From: Balanoglossus misakiensis
Taxonomy: Eukaryota; Animalia; Hemichordata
Direction: 5' to 3'
Length of the DNA: 64,000 nucleotides
Assembly: GCA_040954595.2 (NCBI GenBank)
Contig: CM082591.2
Location: 7,864,047 to 7,928,046 of the forward strand
Part shown: positions 12,170 to 26,600 of the stretch, piece by piece
Layout: every line of letters begins with the position of its first letter
How positions within the stretch are numbered: position 1 is the stretch's first letter
The notes under the pieces: model-generated
Seen by the model: the letters and a program-made list of their open reading frames with translations, nothing else
Told to the model about the DNA's origin: nothing
The model's database searches: none
Translations under genes and position numbers: made by a program

Positions 12170-12510
12170 TTAAAGGGACATAAGCTGTAACTTTTGGCTT
12201 TATTTTCTTCTGTGTATCAAGGGCAATTTCTTGACCTACGCCAAACAATAAGCTAATATACCCAGTACTCCGCTGGTCAACTTAGCCTGTATGTGTGTAA
12301 TGGACATAATGTTATTGTTGACAAATGAAATATAGTCCGGACTTGAATTCAAATTTTGCACAATAACAATGCTGATTACAAACATACGGGTTGTATTATG
12401 AGATATATACTGGGGCATTTTTATCGTGCTTTGGAGAGAAATTGCAGTAGATACACAAAACAAAACAAAGAACTAGAAGCATAGCAAAAAGTTACAGCTT
12501 ATATCCCTAA
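12170..12510. mobile_element. TTAA-flanked MITE (AGGGACATAAGCTGTAAC TIR)
   Basis: Inverted termini ...GTTACAGCTTATATCCCT; related fragments near 25135, 34200-34458 and 37740-37970. Confidence 0.6.
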
Positions 12511-12539
12511 CATTGAGGCAACAAATCCATGTGCCCAGA

Positions 12540-12901
12540 TTAAAGGGACAAAGTCTCTCTCTCGCTGCCCTTTTTTCCCCTTAATTATGTTTGATACAAG
12601 ACACCGCTTATGTTATTCTACATGTGGATATATCTATAGTGAATCAACGTTCAACCACACACAACTTCCATCCCACTTGTAGACACGAGAGTGAAAAACT
12701 CGCCAAAATGAATAATCGGTGTTTACCATTTATTCAGTTTGGGCGAGATTTTACTCTCATATGCTACATATGGGATGGAAGTTGTGTGTGGTCAAACCTT
12801 GATTCGCTATATATCCACATGTAGAATAATATAAACATTGTCTTGTATCAAACATAATTAATGGAAAAAATGGCAGCGAGAGAGAGACTTTGTCCCTTTA
12901 A
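12540..12901. mobile_element. Foldback MITE family A copy
   Basis: Same TIRs and TTAA flanks. Confidence 0.85.
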
Positions 12902-14546
12902 TTTTGCTGCTAGAAGGATTTGGAATTCTCATGGTTTGTCCCATCCCAATAGCAAACATTCCCAATATCCCGTCTTATATATTTGGTTTTACCCATTTTA
13001 TACCCTCTGTGCCTACAACTAATGTTTGTGTAAACTAAAATCTGAAAAATAAAATTCTGATTTCGTTAATACTCAATTTATTTGAAGTGTGTGGTTTCAA
13101 TTAGATCCTTTTTGTAGTGAGCATTCCTACAGTCTCGTATAATACTTAGAATATTGTCATTTTCTTGATGTTTATATATATTGTGTGTCATTGAATTTTA
13201 AATACAAAAATGAAGAGAAAACAGGGTGTTCGTATTCTACTTTTCTAATTAGGAAGTTTCCAAGGTTGTGGAAAATGTTGAGTCAGCACTTTTCTTGCAC
13301 TATGGTAGTTTTCATATGGTGAAACTATCTGAACAGCTCTCTCAAAAAATCAAGCGCAGTGACATAGTGTTTTCTTTATATCATTTAATAGTACATTTGT
13401 AATCCTCTTTTGGCACCTTTTGTTAAAAAAAACAAGAAAATGACAATATTGTAATAGTGTTTTCTCAAAATTCTGCATGTAAGGCTATGGAATATGTATA
13501 ATGATAAACAAGTCCATCAATAACCCTTTCACTACTATAGTCCAGTCCAAATCCATTGTTCCAAAAAGAAGAGCCGTTTTCTCCTGTATTACAAACATTG
13601 TTTTGTTATTGCTTAATTATTTTGAAATGTATTATTTTAAGAAATTTCTGCTTCAGGAATTGAATAAAACACACTGTTCTCACATATTCTGTCTGGAGGT
13701 CTCCTCAGTGGTTGCATTGAACATGGATGTCTAAGACTTATTGTACAATGTTACATTTTCACCATAAAACACCCTTCTCATAAGTCTAGCGCCATCACGC
13801 AGGCATCATTCATGATGGCTGTGTGAGGGCGCTAGACTTATGGAAAGAGTGTAGTAGTCTTCTTTGTGAGTGAGACATGAAATTTGCATTTGTGGCCTGG
13901 CAACTTCCGAATAATTTCCAACCTTTCACTGAAAAGACAGTCAAATGTAGCTCTTATGCCCACTGAGTAAAAAGTGTTGGTAGATGGTGCCGAAGGGAAA
14001 ATCTTCTGTAACTGCCTCAAAGAAAAAGGTGGACCGATAATCGAATAAAAAGTATCTGTAAGTGTAGCAGTGGCTGAAAAAAATATTGCTGACTGACCCC
14101 CTCCAGAAATCAAATGGTTCTCCCCTTATTCCAGAACCACATCAAAACACTGGGTATCATAGGTGAGCGATAAAATATGAAAGTGCGGCGTTTTCTTGAT
14201 ATGGTAAATAAAATACTTTATGAAAAGTAAACCACCGTCGGTCGACTTCGAACATTTATGGAGTGATGCAGTATTTTCTTCCACGCATTCAAATGTAGGT
14301 CACAAGAGCTAAAGGTCAAAATGAATGTACTACGGACCATATTAATAAATGGTACTTTATTTATCAGGAAAATACTGTAAACCTTTATTGGCCACTGCAT
14401 ACTGCAGCCAGTGTCATCGACATGATCAAAATACCCACAATCCTCTGCAGTAAACCAACATGGCGGCCCCCATGTGAAAGTGTCCACACGACAACACGCT
14501 CTTGTCCCGATAAAAATTGGACCGTTAACCTCGTTATAACACCATC

Positions 14547-14675
14547 ATGTCGAAGGAGGGACTTTATAAACTGCTGCAGCGACAAACGTACACTTGTTTG
14601 TCGCATAGAAATGGAATGTTTTTATGTTTAGGGGGCGTGCTGCTCACTTTGATTTCGGCGTTTCAGTTTGGCGAG
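14547..14675 (+). CDS. GNPTAB: GNPTAB exon 1
   Basis: [21 protein letters not shown]...SAFQFGE, GT donor. Confidence 0.95.
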
Positions 14676-17600
14676 GTAGGTCACGATCACTTTTGTTGTT
14701 TGCGGCGTGGCACGGCTGTGGGGGTCGGGCTGTGTTGTGACTGGCTGCGGTTGTGGGATGAATTCAAAGTCGGAGACATGTTCTTGATCGGGTGAAACCT
14801 CTTAAAGTTGACGGTCCGGGTGAGGTATACCGCAACAATTTTTTTTTACGGGTATATGTTTTTAAAAATAAATGCACGAATTTATGTACATGATTCCCTG
14901 CAATGAAAAAACGTGTGTACTGTTGCCCTTGGCGACCTGAATTATAGGGTTTAGCGGTGCCACGTTTGTTAAATTAAGTTGTGTCTCCCGATCGAGGTCA
15001 TTCTCCCACATCCCTCAATCTGTAATGACTGCTATGCAACACACGTTATTTTAGATTTAGAGATTTTATAACTAAAATGAAGAAAATGACAAAAAAATTC
15101 ACTCAAATTAACAGTAGAAATTTTCTGATATAACCAGAAAATGGGGGAAATATATATAAAGTCTAAAAGTAAATGCACACCAATTTTCAAAGCAGTCTGA
15201 CCAGAGTTCTTGATTTTTTTTAGTTTTGACTAATTTCAAATTTTCCCTGCTCATTTGCATATTTTTGGTAGAGACAACTTTATTTAGTGTTCACACAAGA
15301 CATACTCTTAAGTCACTGGCCAGCAAGCATAGCTAGCTTAACCAAAGTGCTGAGCTATCAGCAGAAGGAAAAACAGGATATTCTCTCAATTCACCATCAT
15401 ACTACTCTTTGCTTGTAGGTTGCCTTAGAATGGAGTAAAGTGCAATATGAAGTGTTGTTCAGTGTGTATTCTGATAATATTGTTTCCCGGTCTTTTCAAG
15501 ATAGGTAAGTGTATACATGAAGGTGATATACTTTATAACAAATTTTTTTGCGAAGATGAATTTTTGAAAACTTCACGAGAGCCAAAAACACGCGAAAATA
15601 AAGTAGCTTTAGGCCAGAGAGAATAAAAATCTTGTTCATCAGATTTTTTGGACCAAATTCCAGGAGCGGCGAGCGAATATTTTTATTTTAATGTTGTTGT
15701 TTTTTAGATAACAATGCAGTGAGTGAAATACGAGAGAACAAAGATTAAAAGGTCAAATTCTCTTTCGCTGCCCTTTTCCCATTAACCATGTTTGATACAA
15801 TACACCCTTTATGTTATTCTACATGTGAATGTATAGTGAATCAACATTCGACCACACACAACTTCCATCCTGCTTGTAGACACGAGAGTGAAAAAACTCG
15901 CCAAAGTGAATAATTTGTCTTTACCATAAATTCATTTTGGTGAGTTTTTTACTCTCATAACCTACAAATCCACATGTAGAATAACATAAATGGTGTCTTG
16001 TATCAAACATAATTAATGGGAAAAGGGCAGCGAGAGAGAGAATTTGTCTCTTTAATCATCATGTAACAGTTGCCTATTTTGATATGTTAGAGTTGTTTTG
16101 GGGTGTTAAAGTCCGCTTCAGTGGTTGAGATGTGATATCATGATTTATTACACCTCACTCTGTATTATGTACTCTTGATTGGCTGAGACCGTACAACGTG
16201 ACATAGAAAAGAACGTGATATTACATGGTTGACAGAGTATATGGCCCGTACATGTAGGTAGGGGCTACGGGCCGGGGATACGCGCGCGCTGAGAGTATAT
16301 TGCAGGCTGAGAACAGGTTTTAGGTTCTGCGCATCTTTTCTGCGCATAACAAACTGTTGTTCAATGGCTTCCTTCACGATCAGTCAACTCGCGCATATAT
16401 GGCTTCAAAGCGACACACAGGATTAACACCTGTTCAACTGGACGATATTTTACCGCAAACGGACAGTAAATACACCAAAGTCGCAACCAACATCGCGGTT
16501 TATCTGAGTTCGAAGTAGGTACACTGTACAGCAAGATATTTTAGTTCACTGCAACCTGCATCGTACGAAATGGACGCAACCTTCTGTGCTGTGTATGGTC
16601 AAATGTTCGGTATAATAAAATTAATAACTCATGTCATGCTCGGGCAATATCATGATATTGCCCTCGCTAACATGTGTTATTATTTAAATCATATTTTTCT
16701 GATTTCAGGATGTGCCTGCCTGTTCCAATAGATGTTGTATACACATGGGTGAATGGAAGTGATCCACAGCTGTTGGCAGATTTAAAAAGAGTCAAAGCAC
16801 AGATGGAGGTGAAAAATGTCACCAATAAACCTCATTCCATAGGTGGTGTGTATATTGAGGGCAACCATACAAAGTAAGTGATTTTCTTAATGGTACAGGT
16901 TCACCTACAATTTACATAAATGACAACAATGGCATATCTGAGTGATCTAAAGAATATGGTGGGGTTCATATAGAATTTAGGCGGACGCAAATTCGCATGT
17001 GTGGATGCGTTACGTCAGGCCTAGTTGATGCCTTCGCGTGTTCATATGTGGTAAGGCAGTGTGTAAAATAGTCGAGACAAAATCTCAGTCGGCCCAAATT
17101 CAGGGATCAGTCTACAGTCGAACCTGTCTATAGTGGCCAGTCAAGGGATTTTCCTAAACTGGCCTTTACAGACAGGTGGCCTTTGTAAACAGGTCAATTA
17201 ATGTACAGGTTAATTGCACAGGGATCATCAAAGTGGTCACTATATAGAGGTGGCCACTAACACAGGTTTGACTGTAGTGTGGACGCGGCCCAAATCTATT
17301 CCCCAAAGTACAGTTATATGTCAACCTAAAATTTCAGTCGAATGTGAACAACGCTACAGTACAAGCTGTGTGGACCGATTTTATATTTCCAACATGAGAT
17401 GATTGTTCTCATAGCTCTGATGATCCTGTTGTGACAAGTTGGTATGTCAGTGAGAATGACTTTCCTATTTTTTTGTTTTTTGTTTTCGTTCCCTAGAGAA
17501 GTCAAGTGCCGCTTCAAAGACTGTGTCCTATCCAATTTTCTGATTCTTGACACCATACTATCAAGCGAGATTACTCTGGATCAGTTGAAAGAGGAAAACC

Positions 17601-20600
17601 CAGAGTTACAGTCAGCAGTTCGCATCTATAATATCTCCATGGTGACAGAGGGAGGAAGAAATTACACCATTATTCAGTTTCCATGGAAACAGAGTGGTAT
17701 GTGTATTCAGAGTGCATAAATTATCGTTATAGTAACATCTTGCTGCCAAGTACCTTTAGTATGACATTTAATTTCTAGACGCTGCAAAGCTGGGCCCTAT
17801 CTACTGAATCTCATTCACACCTGTATATCCTTTGTGGAACTGTGTCCCACATTTTGGTGTAGGGATTTATAGAATCTCATACTCCCAAGGTCCTAGGATC
17901 ATATTTCTCACACGAGGTGGGGATTTTTGTTCTCATGAACCGAAGGTGAGTGTGGGACAAAATATCCCTGAGGAGTGTGAGAAATATGATCCCAGGTCCT
18001 TGGTGTGTGAGATTTTATTTCTCACACGGTCACAAATTAGCCAAATTCGTATTAGAAACATTGAATAATGGACTGTGTAACTGTCGTCTGGCACGTTTTA
18101 GTTTCTGTCCGTGTAAAACACATTGCGCCATTGGATAAAATTTAGTGCGCGTTAATTAAAGAATGTCTTGTCATCCAATCGGCGCTCGCATCATATAGGG
18201 CTTTCGATTCCGTGAGTGTGGGATCGATTTGTTCTCACACTGATACCACACTCTCGGCATGCCAGGAGTGTGAGGAAATGAGGTTCTGTTGTCATAGGCA
18301 CTTTACACATTTGCAATTACCTGTACCTGTTACTTGTTTCAAATCATCTAGGAAATTATTTTCCTATTTAACCTTGCTTGAGATATGCCTCCAGGTATCA
18401 TGATTTGTTTGCCGTTGTCTGTCTGAACAGAGTGGCATTATCTTTGCAATCTTTTTTAATGCGCTCATATGTTGCTTAAAGGGACAAAGTCTCTCTCTCG
18501 CTGCCCTTTTTTCCATTAATTATATTTGATACAAGACACTGTTTGTTATTCTACGTGTGGATACAATGTATATAGTTAATGAACGTTCAACCACACACAA
18601 CTTCCATTCCTCTTATAGACAGGAGAGTGAAAAACTCGCCAAAATGAATAATCGTTCTTTACCATTTATTCATTTTGGGCGAGTTTTTACTCTCATATCA
18701 TACAAGTGGGATGTAAGTTTTGTGTGGTTGATCATTGATTCACTATATATCCACATGTACATTAACATAAACAGTGTCTTGTATCAAACATAATTAATGG
18801 AAAAAAGGGCAGCGAGAGAGAGACTTTGTCCCTTTAACTCTATCCCATTCATGAATCTTACATGTCCTGAAACTTGGAATAAAACTGAGTCAATTACATG
18901 CTGTACTTTTAACTCTTGTCTTTGCAGTCAGTGTGTCATCAGAACAACATCTATTTGTATCTGGAGGAAATATTTCAACATCAACAGGATTCTTGGTAAG
19001 TCTTGGTAGTAGATTAGATGTCATACATGTACAGACCATTTTACCAAGGCTGCAAGATTGTGGAATTTGTTCAATTTGGAATAGTGTGACCCACCTGTCA
19101 GATTCAGTCCAAGTCCATTGTTTCTATGGTAAATTTGGACCTCTATAGGGAGAACTGGGGTGAAAGGGTTAACTCGGATATAAGGGCTAGTTTAACAACC
19201 TTTCATGTCTATATAAACTTGGCAACTGCTAGACTTTTTAAGATATGAATAAAATACAGAAAGTTCATTTAAATACTAACTTATTATTGGTTTGTAAATC
19301 TAATAGTATACATGTAATAAATAATACAGGAATGTACCTTATCTCCACTATCCCTGGTCACTGGACCTGAATTAAATCCATCAACTCTCTAGGGAGCAGA
19401 GAGTGACCCGCCTGACAGATTTTTTTAACCCTTTCAGCACTATGGTTCAGTCCAAACCTATTGTTTTCTATGGTATGGTTGGACCTCTCAACAGGGAACT
19501 GGGGGTGAAAGAGTTAAAGGGGGACACATGTGACAGTCGAAATTTTCTTGACACCATTTTCACAGTACCTTTTGGTTAGAGACATGTCTAAGTTTCTCTT
19601 TATATTTCAGACAAGTGATTGGACAGCTGAACACAGTGTTACCCTTGAAGACACAGCGTTAATGCTTGGCTTACCAGAAAGTGTACAAGAAAATGAAGTC
19701 TGGGACAAAATACCAATGCAGTACCGAGATGCTGTTGAAAATGTAAGCATTTCCTGATTGAGCCTGCTCTTGGGATCTGTTCAAGTCTGGCTGTCGTAGA
19801 TAAGATTTTACTTCACGCTAGGGGGTCAAATCACATTGTAATAATTATATTCTGGGTAAAAAGTCGACAACTTATTTGTAGTAAGAGATAGAAGAAATGA
19901 TATGTTGACTGTATTTCATGACTTCCTTTGGTCAAAGTGTCAACAGAACCCAATTATCCCTGTGGGATACAGTTCCACTAAGGATACGTCTTTTTGCATA
20001 AAGAGGGCGCTCTTCCAAAACATTGCATCATCTCCAAGGAGACGGAGTGAAAACAAGGCAAATAGGTCACAGAGTATTGCTCGAGCTCATCTGGTTTGTT
20101 CTAAATATGGCACAATTTGTGTGTGAAAATCACCTTACAATAAAATGTGGCTGTTGAACGCAAGTCCCACCTATAGCGATGATACAAAAGACGATACAGT
20201 ATTTACTCTGTGACCTCGTTTGTGCATCTTTGAAGGGCGACCTCTTTATGAAAAAGCATGTCCTTTATGTTTTGCAGAGTAAAACAAAAAAAACAGCAGG
20301 TGATAACCAAGACAAAAAAACTAAGAAAAATCCGAAAGTTGGAGTTAGTAGAGCTTGACCTCTCATCTTGATCTTTTCTTTTTTTCAGATTGATCTCTAT
20401 GAAGATCACTCTCTTGCAGTCATTACAATACCAGATAGGAATATATTCAAACAGTACATGTCTGAGGTTAGTCACTCTGAGTAACTTTGCAACTGGCTGT
20501 GGATATTGTCTTGTTACATAGTACAAATTCAAGGCTTATGGTGACTAGAATTAACCCCAACGCTGCCAAGTCAGTATGAACTGGTTTGATTTCCAGGGTG

Positions 20601-23600
20601 CCTAGAATCCTGGCTCCCAGGCCTGTTAGACTGCCAAGTGCGTGTTATTCAGTAGGGCCTATACAAGACCCTCAGACCAATACAGTACTGCAAACCAGTG
20701 CGATTTGGTACATTTTACAGGGGGCTCAGACTGCCAAGTGTGTATAAGTACGTATAAGAGCCATGTCAAGACAGTCAAAATACGATTTAGAAGAAAAAGT
20801 GGCAAATACGTATTTTAAGGGACTTGAGACTCTAAACAGATATGACACCCAGTAGCTTTAAGGTTAAGACTAACTTGTGTTATGAATATGCAGTCTACAT
20901 TGTTGCTGTATTGTACAGGTTGAAATGTAAAAAAATAGTCCTCATTTCTGGTCAAAATAACAGCTTCAAATCCCACAGTTTCCGCATGGGCTCACAGCAA
21001 CTCGAAAGTCTTGCATCATTGAACCTGAAGGAAAGACGTGTGACAGATATTGATTTGCCTGCAGCCAGTCATGATGGATGATATCGGCTGATTTTATAAA
21101 TCATTAGTTTTATATCAAAGTTCATTTCAGTGTATTTAACACGACTGTTCAATTTCATGTCCAATTCTCTGCACATGTTCGTATTATGATGGTCCAGTTT
21201 TTGGCATGCACCTTCCTAAAATCTCCCCAGTCTTGTGAAATGAAGCTGAATAATAATCCTTGCCACAACTCAGATTAATTTACAGGCAGATGAACTCTAC
21301 CCTGAAGGAAGTGATATCCGAGTTGTTGCTGCTAATCTAGTCTGGCTGTTGCATTATGTAAGTTTACATTTTTTTGTCCCATTTCTGCCACTGTCTACTC
21401 TGTGCTGAGGCAGCCATTTTGCTAGTCTGGAATCCAGACTCGTGTTTTATTTCGCTTTGCTCACTCCACACGCAGTCTAGCATTTTGGTCTTCAATTTTG
21501 AAATTTTGCTATTTGCATGTCAAAGGACTATGGCAACTCAGGTCACTGATATTAAGCAAGTGTTATTTAAATATTACCCTTTCCACATCTATCCTAATCT
21601 AGAATCGAGAATTGTGTGTGTGTTCTGTATGCTCCATACACGGTCTAGCATTTTTGTCTTCAATTTTGAGTTTTTGCTATCTGCATGTTATAAGGACTCT
21701 AACCATGGCAACTCAGGTCACTGCTCACCATGTGATCATGATCATGACCTCTTAGAAGTCAATTATAACCTGATCAACTACTGCACTGATTGACTGAATT
21801 AATGAGTAGGGGTGTTGCTCAAGATCAGTGACTTGAGTTGTCATGGTTAGAGCCGTAGGCCCCATGATTATAAAGTTAAACTTTTCTATATCCACAATAT
21901 ATTTCAGGGAGATCATCAGAATGAAGATATTGCAGCAAACAGATTTGAAGACAATGAGGTAATGATTGTTAATAGAGTAAATTTAATTACAAATTGGGTG
22001 TGCTCGTGCAATGCGTATTTTCACGACAGGAAACCAGCTGATCAAGTATGGAGCAATATGCCACTTGTTTATTCCACAGCTGAGGCACACCTTTTTGCAG
22101 TTGTCATTCATCAGTTAACTAGGTGTTGTTTGTTCTTTAGAAAATATAATGATCGTCTTGTGACAGGCTTCGTGAGCTACACATTGTACGTTCGCTGATG
22201 TAAACATCTTCCAAATGTAGACTTCGCGGTTGGTAATTTCAACACTGTTGATCGTGAGCAGCACGATAAAAACAACTGAAAACTATACACATGGGGTGCA
22301 ATTAAAAAATCACGTGCAACAGGCCGTGATTTCGCTATCCAGCATAATCCAACCAGCTGGCTTTCTCCCCTTGTCTAGTAAGGCAAGGTAGGAGGTCAGC
22401 TGGAGGTCAGGCGGTAGGAAAAGTTCGCCAAAAGAGGGCGCGAGCAGGGCAGCCTTAGAGTATTGATAAGAGACAGGTTAGAATTGCAGAGAAAGACAGA
22501 AGAAGAAAAAAAAAAGCTGATGGACAACAAACTCATTCAGTTTCTATCATATCCCTGAAAAAATCCCGGTGGGTATACAATGATTATGTAGCCATCCTGT
22601 AAGCTTTGTTGTACTGAATGCAATTTTGAATTAATGTTTTTTTAATCTTATTGTAGGAGTTGAGATACTCGCTTCGTTCCATAGAAAAGAATGCACCCTG
22701 GGTTCGACAGATTTTCATTGTTACCAATGGCCAGATACCTTCCTGGTTGAATTTAGACAATCCAAGATTGACAGTGGTAACACATGAGGTATGTAAATTG
22801 CAACATATTGTTATGGGCTGTGTCTGTGTAATGTTGTGACTTTGTGAGTGATAGATCAGGAATGATCAAGTTTGGCACGTACATTCTAGAACTAATCATT
22901 TTCAGAAGGTGTGGCTTGTGCATAGTATGGTAAAGTATTTATAACACACCATGCAGTGAACCCTCGATCGTGATTCGTCAATACACTGTCACGTGACCTT
23001 AGTCATTTCAAATTGTAACACACCATGCAGCGAACCCTCGATCGTGATTCGTCAATATGCCGTCACGTGACCTTAGTCATTTCGAACTGTTCCCTAGGGC
23101 ATCATTTCGATCAGTTTCTGCCCGGTACTTGACATTATTTTACTAATATTTTGATCACAAAGCGACAATACCATTTACAATTCTCATTTCATCTTGTTTG
23201 TTTTCACAGGAAATTTTTCTCAATAAAAGTCATCTACCAACTTTTGCGTCCCCTGCAATAGAAAGCCATCTGCACAGAATACCGGGTCTGTCTCAAAAAT
23301 TCATCTATCTCAATGATGATGTCATGTTTGGCAAACCAGTCTGGCCAGACGATTTCTACACACACTCCAATGGACAGAAGGCAAGTAATCAGAAGTCAAT
23401 ATGCCTTTTTCGTATAGAGGGCGCCCTTCCAAAACATTGTGTCATCTCCAAGTAGATGACACGAAAATGAGGCCAGTAGGTCACAGATTACTGCTGGAGC
23501 TCCTCTGGTTTATTCTATACATGATACAAGTTGCATGTAAAACTTACCTTACAATAAAATGGGGCTGTCAAACGTCTTTCCCCAACTATAGCTATGATAC

Positions 23601-26600
23601 ACAAGATGATACAGTTTTTACTCTGTGACCTACTGACCTCATTTTTGCATCGTCTTGGAAGGACGCCCTGTTCACGAAAAAGTTGTATTGCTTTTTTTAT
23701 CAAATTTAAGAAAATTGCAACCAATGAAGATCCAGTTTTTGCTGAATGGCCCATCCAGCCAAAATCTGCAGTATAAAAAAAAAAGAATGACCACTTCTCT
23801 TTCAGTTACAAAACTTTCGCCTCTCTCCATGACAAAGTTTCTGCTATAACCTTCAATCACAAGGTTTCTGCTGTGCATTCCAGTAAGGACCTCTAACAAT
23901 CACAAGTTCTTACTTTGTTATTTTGTAGGTATATCTAACTTGGCCTGTTCCCAATTGTAATGAAGGGTGTCCATCTTCCTGGATTAAAGATGGCTATTGT
24001 GATAAAGCCTGTAACATATCAGAATGTGAATGGGATGGTGGTGATTGTGACGGTATGTAGATCACTTATTACCTTTAAAACATTTCTGATTGACTAAAAG
24101 GGTGACGGTCATCTTATGCACATGTGCCTAACCAGAGACTCTGGTAACAAAAATTATATACAGTCAATGCCATAATTAGCAGTGTGCTGTCCTAACAACA
24201 GACAAGATGGTGCAACCATAGTCTGTGTCGGAGATCGGGAAAAGACAGCGAATTCGGTGAAAGAAGGGACAAAAAGATGTTGCCTATTCGCAGTCACATA
24301 GAGGCATATAATTAAAGTCACATTTGTTAAATCATGACTGAGTCTGTAATATCGTATTTTCCATGTGTCTAAACTGTTTTAAATTTTGGTGTAAAGTTCC
24401 CAGGAATGATCAAAGTCGAATTTGTTGAAAATTATTGCATCACAAATTTGCCTTTAAATCTCTGCTATCAAGTTTGACTGAGTCTCAAAAGAAGTGTGCC
24501 ATTTAATTCAGAATCAATTGTCTTGTTTATAATGCAGAATATGACAGTCGCTAGGTGGCTTGTTGCTATTCCGCTAATCAGTTTTTCCAAATATAGACTG
24601 GTGGGGTTTCTGGCTGTTACTAGCCGTAAAATATCCAGAGAATACTTTGTTTGAAACGGGTGTGTCCCATCATGGAATCCTTTATAGCATTGCCTGTTTT
24701 CTTATTTATCCGGAATTATCTGTTTTCTGACAGGATTGGCCCCTGATCATATAGGCGGAGGCTGGGGAAGGGAAACCTCACTCAGTAAGTAAAATATTCC
24801 AGCAAACAAATACATCTGTATTTAACCCTAATGATACTGGGTGTTATACCTGTTTAGAGTGTCAAGTCCCTTAAAATACGTATTTGCCACTTTTTCTTCC
24901 AAAACGTATTTTGACTGTCTTGACATGGCTCTCATACGTACTTAGACAAACTTGGCAGTCTGAGCCCCCCTGTAAAATGTCCCAAATCGCACTGGTTTAC
25001 ACTGTATTGGTCAGAGGGTCTTGTATATAGGCCCTACTGATTAACACACACTTGGCAGTCTAACAGGCCTGGGAGCCTGGATTCTAGGCACCCTGGAAAT
25101 CACAACAGTTTCAACTGACTTGGCAGTGTTAGGGTTAAAGCTCCACAAGCTGTAACTTTTGGCTTTCTATGCAGTATGTTGAAAACAAGTGTATCACATG
25201 TTTTCAATGGTTTTCAAACTTGCACATAACCAGGTATGGTACCGTATTGACAATAGTTTGATATATTCAATATGTTATACTTACAGTGTACTGCAACTCC
25301 GGATGTGCTAATGGATGGGTTGCAGATAGATACTGTGATCAGGTGGGTAAATATTCTGCTCTTAAATAGGCCAACACGTGAACTAAATGTAACATACAGA
25401 CTACAACCATCCATGGCCTCCTACAACACAGAGGTGTTCTCTTGTGTGTTTGTTTTGTTTGTTTGTTTACAAATTTATATAGATAGAAAATAACAATATA
25501 GCTAAAAATTTAATATTTCTTTTTTTGAACAAAATTACAGTATAAATGTAAATGAAAGAGTTACACATCTGGGACAAAACCTTTGCTGTAGAATGCACTC
25601 AGGCATACATATAAAGCCCAGTGTTTTGTGAATAACTTATTTTATGCTAAGACTATCTATTGACACCATTCCATCAGCTATTATACATGGAACCCTATAG
25701 TGTATAATGATGTATGCATATAGTATATTTATAGTTAAATTTGATTTGATCATTTTTGTCATTATTTGTTGTTGTTGGGTTTGTTTGGTTTTTTTTTTGG
25801 GGGGGGAGGCATAGAAAAAAATCACAAGGAAAATGTAAAATCCTCACTCCCACCCCCAGAAGTATTTTATGAACACTACCTAATTATTTATTTTCAGGCT
25901 TGCAATGTAGTGGAGTGTGGTTATGATGCTGGTGATTGTGGATCTCAAAATCTCAATAAGTTGTTCTCTATTGCTGTGAAACAAGATTCCAAAAATGTTA
26001 TTCTACCTTCAGGTAAGACTTTTCTTATTATAAGCATACCCTTGGCATTGTTCCTTCAGTTCAGGGAGACCCTGACAGCAATGCATGTTATATCAATGGA
26101 AGTAATTTGGAAGTGATGAAAAATAAGGTACTATGCAATACAAAGTAACAACCACATTGATTGCAATGATATACATTGTTAAAGTCATGCTTTGTTGGCA
26201 GCTGTGTCATATGGGACCCCAAACCCACAACCGCAGACGGGATGACACCCTCCCTTTAACCCTTTCACCCCCAGTTCCCTCTTTAGAGGTCCAACCTTAC
26301 CATAGAAAGCAATGGGTTTGGACTGAACCATGGTGGTGAAAGGGTTGATAGTTAGTTGACTACTGGTTTATCATTCAGAGTTTGTTTCTCATGGTGTACA
26401 GCATACGATTTCACATAGTCTTGCACCAAGACTGTATGATACTGAAATGTGTCCGCGTATAGTACCTCCAATCACACAGAGCATATCAAATATGGTATTT
26501 CCAATTTTTCCGTAATTTTCTGTAGTTTTAAACTCTGTAAATATAATTATATGTACAAGTCGATATTCACTTACAGTGCACACTTCCACCTTTGTTTACC

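Larger units (their letters stand above)
10184..12233 (+). repeat. Tandem duplication of ~1.0 kb (about 10184-11196 and 11197-12233)
   Basis: Near-identical copies that differ mainly in homopolymer lengths; each carries a foldback MITE. Confidence 0.92.

Noticed and set aside
10804-12824. Repeated ~78-aa ORFs in family A elements
   Set aside because: They lie inside palindromic MITEs and have no transposase motifs
12900-13600. Possible minus-strand coding exons upstream of GNPTAB
   Set aside because: Acceptor-like sites exist, but all frames I read close quickly and no protein motif was recognised
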